Shown one piece after another: positions 61,917 to 64,000 of a stretch of 64,000 nt of DNA (position 1 is the stretch's first letter; the number at the start of each line of letters is the position of its first letter). This DNA is from Selaginella moellendorffii. Lineage: Eukaryota > Plantae > Lycopodiophyta. A model generated the notes under the pieces. It ran no database searches. It had not been told where the DNA came from and worked only from the letters and a program-made list of their open reading frames with translations. The stretch spans positions 250,821 to 314,820 of the forward strand of contig NW_003314372.1 of the NCBI RefSeq assembly GCF_000143415.4, written 5' to 3'. The position numbers were made by a program, and so were the translations under genes.

Positions 61917-64000
61917 ATGGCCTTCAGGGTTGGGGAAAAGGTTTACATTTTGAATGGTGGGAAGAGAGTTGCAAAAGGGACCCTTGTGTCTATGGATCGG
62001 AACTTTGTTATACACTGTCAAAGGCTTGGGGAAGGCAATGCTGCTGTATCAGTAGAGACTGTCTTCGATGGGAATGTGGTCGCTATTGAACGAGGAGAGA
62101 TGGTCGTCGGGGTAAATGTTGTTGTTGCCTTGAAAAATCTTTAGAAGAAAGCAGATGTTGGGGACAGCGCAAGTGCGACGCATGTTCCCTCCGTGGATCT
62201 TAAGAACCGTGCTACATGGATTCAGGCAAAGGTGTTTCTAAACAACCCCGAGGGGGAGGTGGTAGCTGAGGGCTTAGCCACAGTTGTCGATCCAAGAGAT
62301 GCGGTTGCTAATCAAGAATTGGGCTGGGATGATATTGGAGTTGCGATTTTAGAGGTTGTTGACACAGAAGAAAACAGTCTGACTATTGGAAGCATTGTGC
62401 GGTGGAAATTGAGGCATTTAGTGTTTGAGAATGTGAAGGATTCACAATCAAACACCACTACAACTGATGACAGAACATCTCTTCATGGGAAAAGAAAGTA
62501 CACCTTCCTAAAGCGCAGCCAAAGGGATCTGAGCAACGAACCAAAAAGGCAGAAAATGGCGATGGAGGTTCGAATGGTCTCGACAGTTGCTTGTTGCAAG
62601 AGGAGGTGCTGTCAACATGCTGATTGGGATGCTATTGAAGAGGAGAGAGCAAGATACAAGACATTGTCCTGGAAGGCAGCTCGCAATTTTGTGTATGAGG
62701 CATTACGGTCATCTGTTGATGCTTCAGAACATCAGGTGGGGGGCATGGTCTTCCAGAGGGGTTTGGTCTGCATGAAGGCATGGAGAATCATTTATGGAGT
62801 CCCTCGAAGCACATTCTACAGAATCAAAATTGAGTTCGAGGAACAAAGGGTTCAACAGGCAGTCCATGGGAACGACGGTACGCACAAAACCAGGGGTCAT
62901 GTTGTATATGAAGAGGCAATCTTCAAGAGGTTTGTCGAGACATGTAGCGAGCAGCAACCACATAAAACCCGCCTCTTGGAAGATGGAACATGAGACACCC
63001 AACGAGTTCTCCCTTCCATGTATACCAAGGGGGCCATATTGGAAGATGTGAATCGGGAACTCCAGAGTAATGGCTACAGGAAGCTGAGCCAATCTAGATT
63101 TAGTAGATTGTGGAGCAACAGGTTCAGGGATGTGAGTATAGGAAAGTACTCCAGCTTTTCAAAGTGTGACGAGTGCACTGCTATCAAAATGGCTTTGTCG
63201 AAGAATTCTTGCAGCGCTCAAGAGCGAGAGACGTTGGTTAGAAGGCGGCTCGACCACAACATCGAGCAGAGAAGCTGCAGGACTGCATATTATCATAACA
63301 GGATTCTCTCCATGGAGAGACCTGACTCTTACCTCTGCATCATCCACGACAAAATGGACCAGAAAAAGACGTGCTTACCTCGACTCAATCCTGCCCCCAA
63401 GGCAATCTCTTCATCCATGCAGCTGCCTGTGTCTCTGTTTGGCATAATTGCTCATGGGCATGGTGCCCAGAACTATGGGAACTTCTTTGTACCTCTATGG
63501 GGTGGCGGGGGTGCAAACATGATGATTGCGTCCCTAGCAAAACACTTAAGGTCTCTGCAAAGTGCGCAGACTGAGCTGAACGGCCAACCCTTGCATAAGG
63601 CCCTTGTCGATCGAACCCCATACAGGGTTCAGCTGGAGGAGGAGCAAAGGCTTGCAGTATCGCGTGGGGCCCCATGCCATCCCAATGAATATGTTGGCCG
63701 TCAGATTGTAGGGTTATCACGTGAGGCCTCATGCCATTCCGATGAGGCTGGTCGCCCGGTGAATGCACAGCCTCATCCAAACGAAGCAGAATCTCAAGGA
63801 AGTTCTTGCGGCCGATGTGGCCTTCCACCCCATCTTCTACTCCAAACAGACAATGCTGGCAGTGAGAACAAAAACATGTACGTCTTCGCGTACTTGGCGA
63901 TGCTTGTTGCCAAAGGCATATTTGAAACGGTTACACTTGGCTTTCTCATGGTTGGGCACACTCATGAAGACGTCGATGCCATGTTCAGTCACTTGGCAGA
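61917..64000 (+). pseudogene. Sola1-like (DUF7869-type) DDD transposase with two N-terminal Tnp1/En/Spm-like repeats; two premature stops; runs off the window
   Basis: One frame from 61917 to the window end broken only by TAG 62142 and TGA 62991; CCKRRC, VCMKAWRIIYG, FSKCDEC, IHDKMDQ, LQTDNAGSENKN, FLMVGHTHEDVDAMFS. Confidence 0.85.

Larger units (their letters stand above)
53514..63737. repeat. Dispersed 22-bp palindrome ATGGCRTGAGGCCTCAYGCCAT, ~19 copies
   Basis: Copies start at 53514, 54591, 54666, 55868, 56059, 56200, 57699, 58972, 59032, 59109, 59898, 61448, 61546 (perfect), 61716, 61752, 61822, 63659, 63716; partial at 53222 and 60833. Confidence 0.92.
53222..64000. mobile_element. Large DNA transposon-like unit (Sola1-like transposase + divergent cargo gene), runs off the window
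   Basis: Transposase at 61917-64000, cargo gene 59158-53570, and a shared 22-bp palindrome seen only in this interval; termini not identified. Confidence 0.7.

Noticed and set aside
57805-62993. Stop-codon readthrough or RNA editing to rescue the three stops
   Set aside because: All are simple C>T/G>A transitions typical of methylated nuclear TEs; no evidence for recoding

Overview
Eukaryotic plant DNA, most likely a lycophyte such as Selaginella (inferred from ~50-nt introns, a very compact GC-rich gene island and AT-decayed transposon flanks). A ~10-kb island of five host genes (27.3-37.4 kb: methionine S-methyltransferase, an intronless Ser/Thr kinase, DDI1, NBP35, an Mpv17/PMP22 protein) lies between two nests of transposons. 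The left nest holds Gypsy remnants, two long-LTR families, a hAT transposase, an intact 674-bp TRIM with a Pol III-like A/B box, a LINE with an apparent 5' inversion and a 97-bp double-hairpin satellite. The right nest holds a Sec7 pseudogene, a LINE and three Gypsy-type remnants. The most unusual part is 53.2-64 kb. There a Sola1-like (DUF7869-type) DDD transposase lies head-to-head with an 11-exon gene that I assembled by hand into a ~1,640-aa protein: ParB/Srx-like domain, degenerate beta-class amino-DNA-methyltransferase-like fold, charged linker and FCP1/NIF-type HAD phosphatase. About 19 copies of a 22-bp palindrome (consensus ATGGCATGAGGCCTCATGCCAT) are spread through this unit, in introns and in-frame in exons. 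All family assignments come from motif recognition by eye; no database searches were run.
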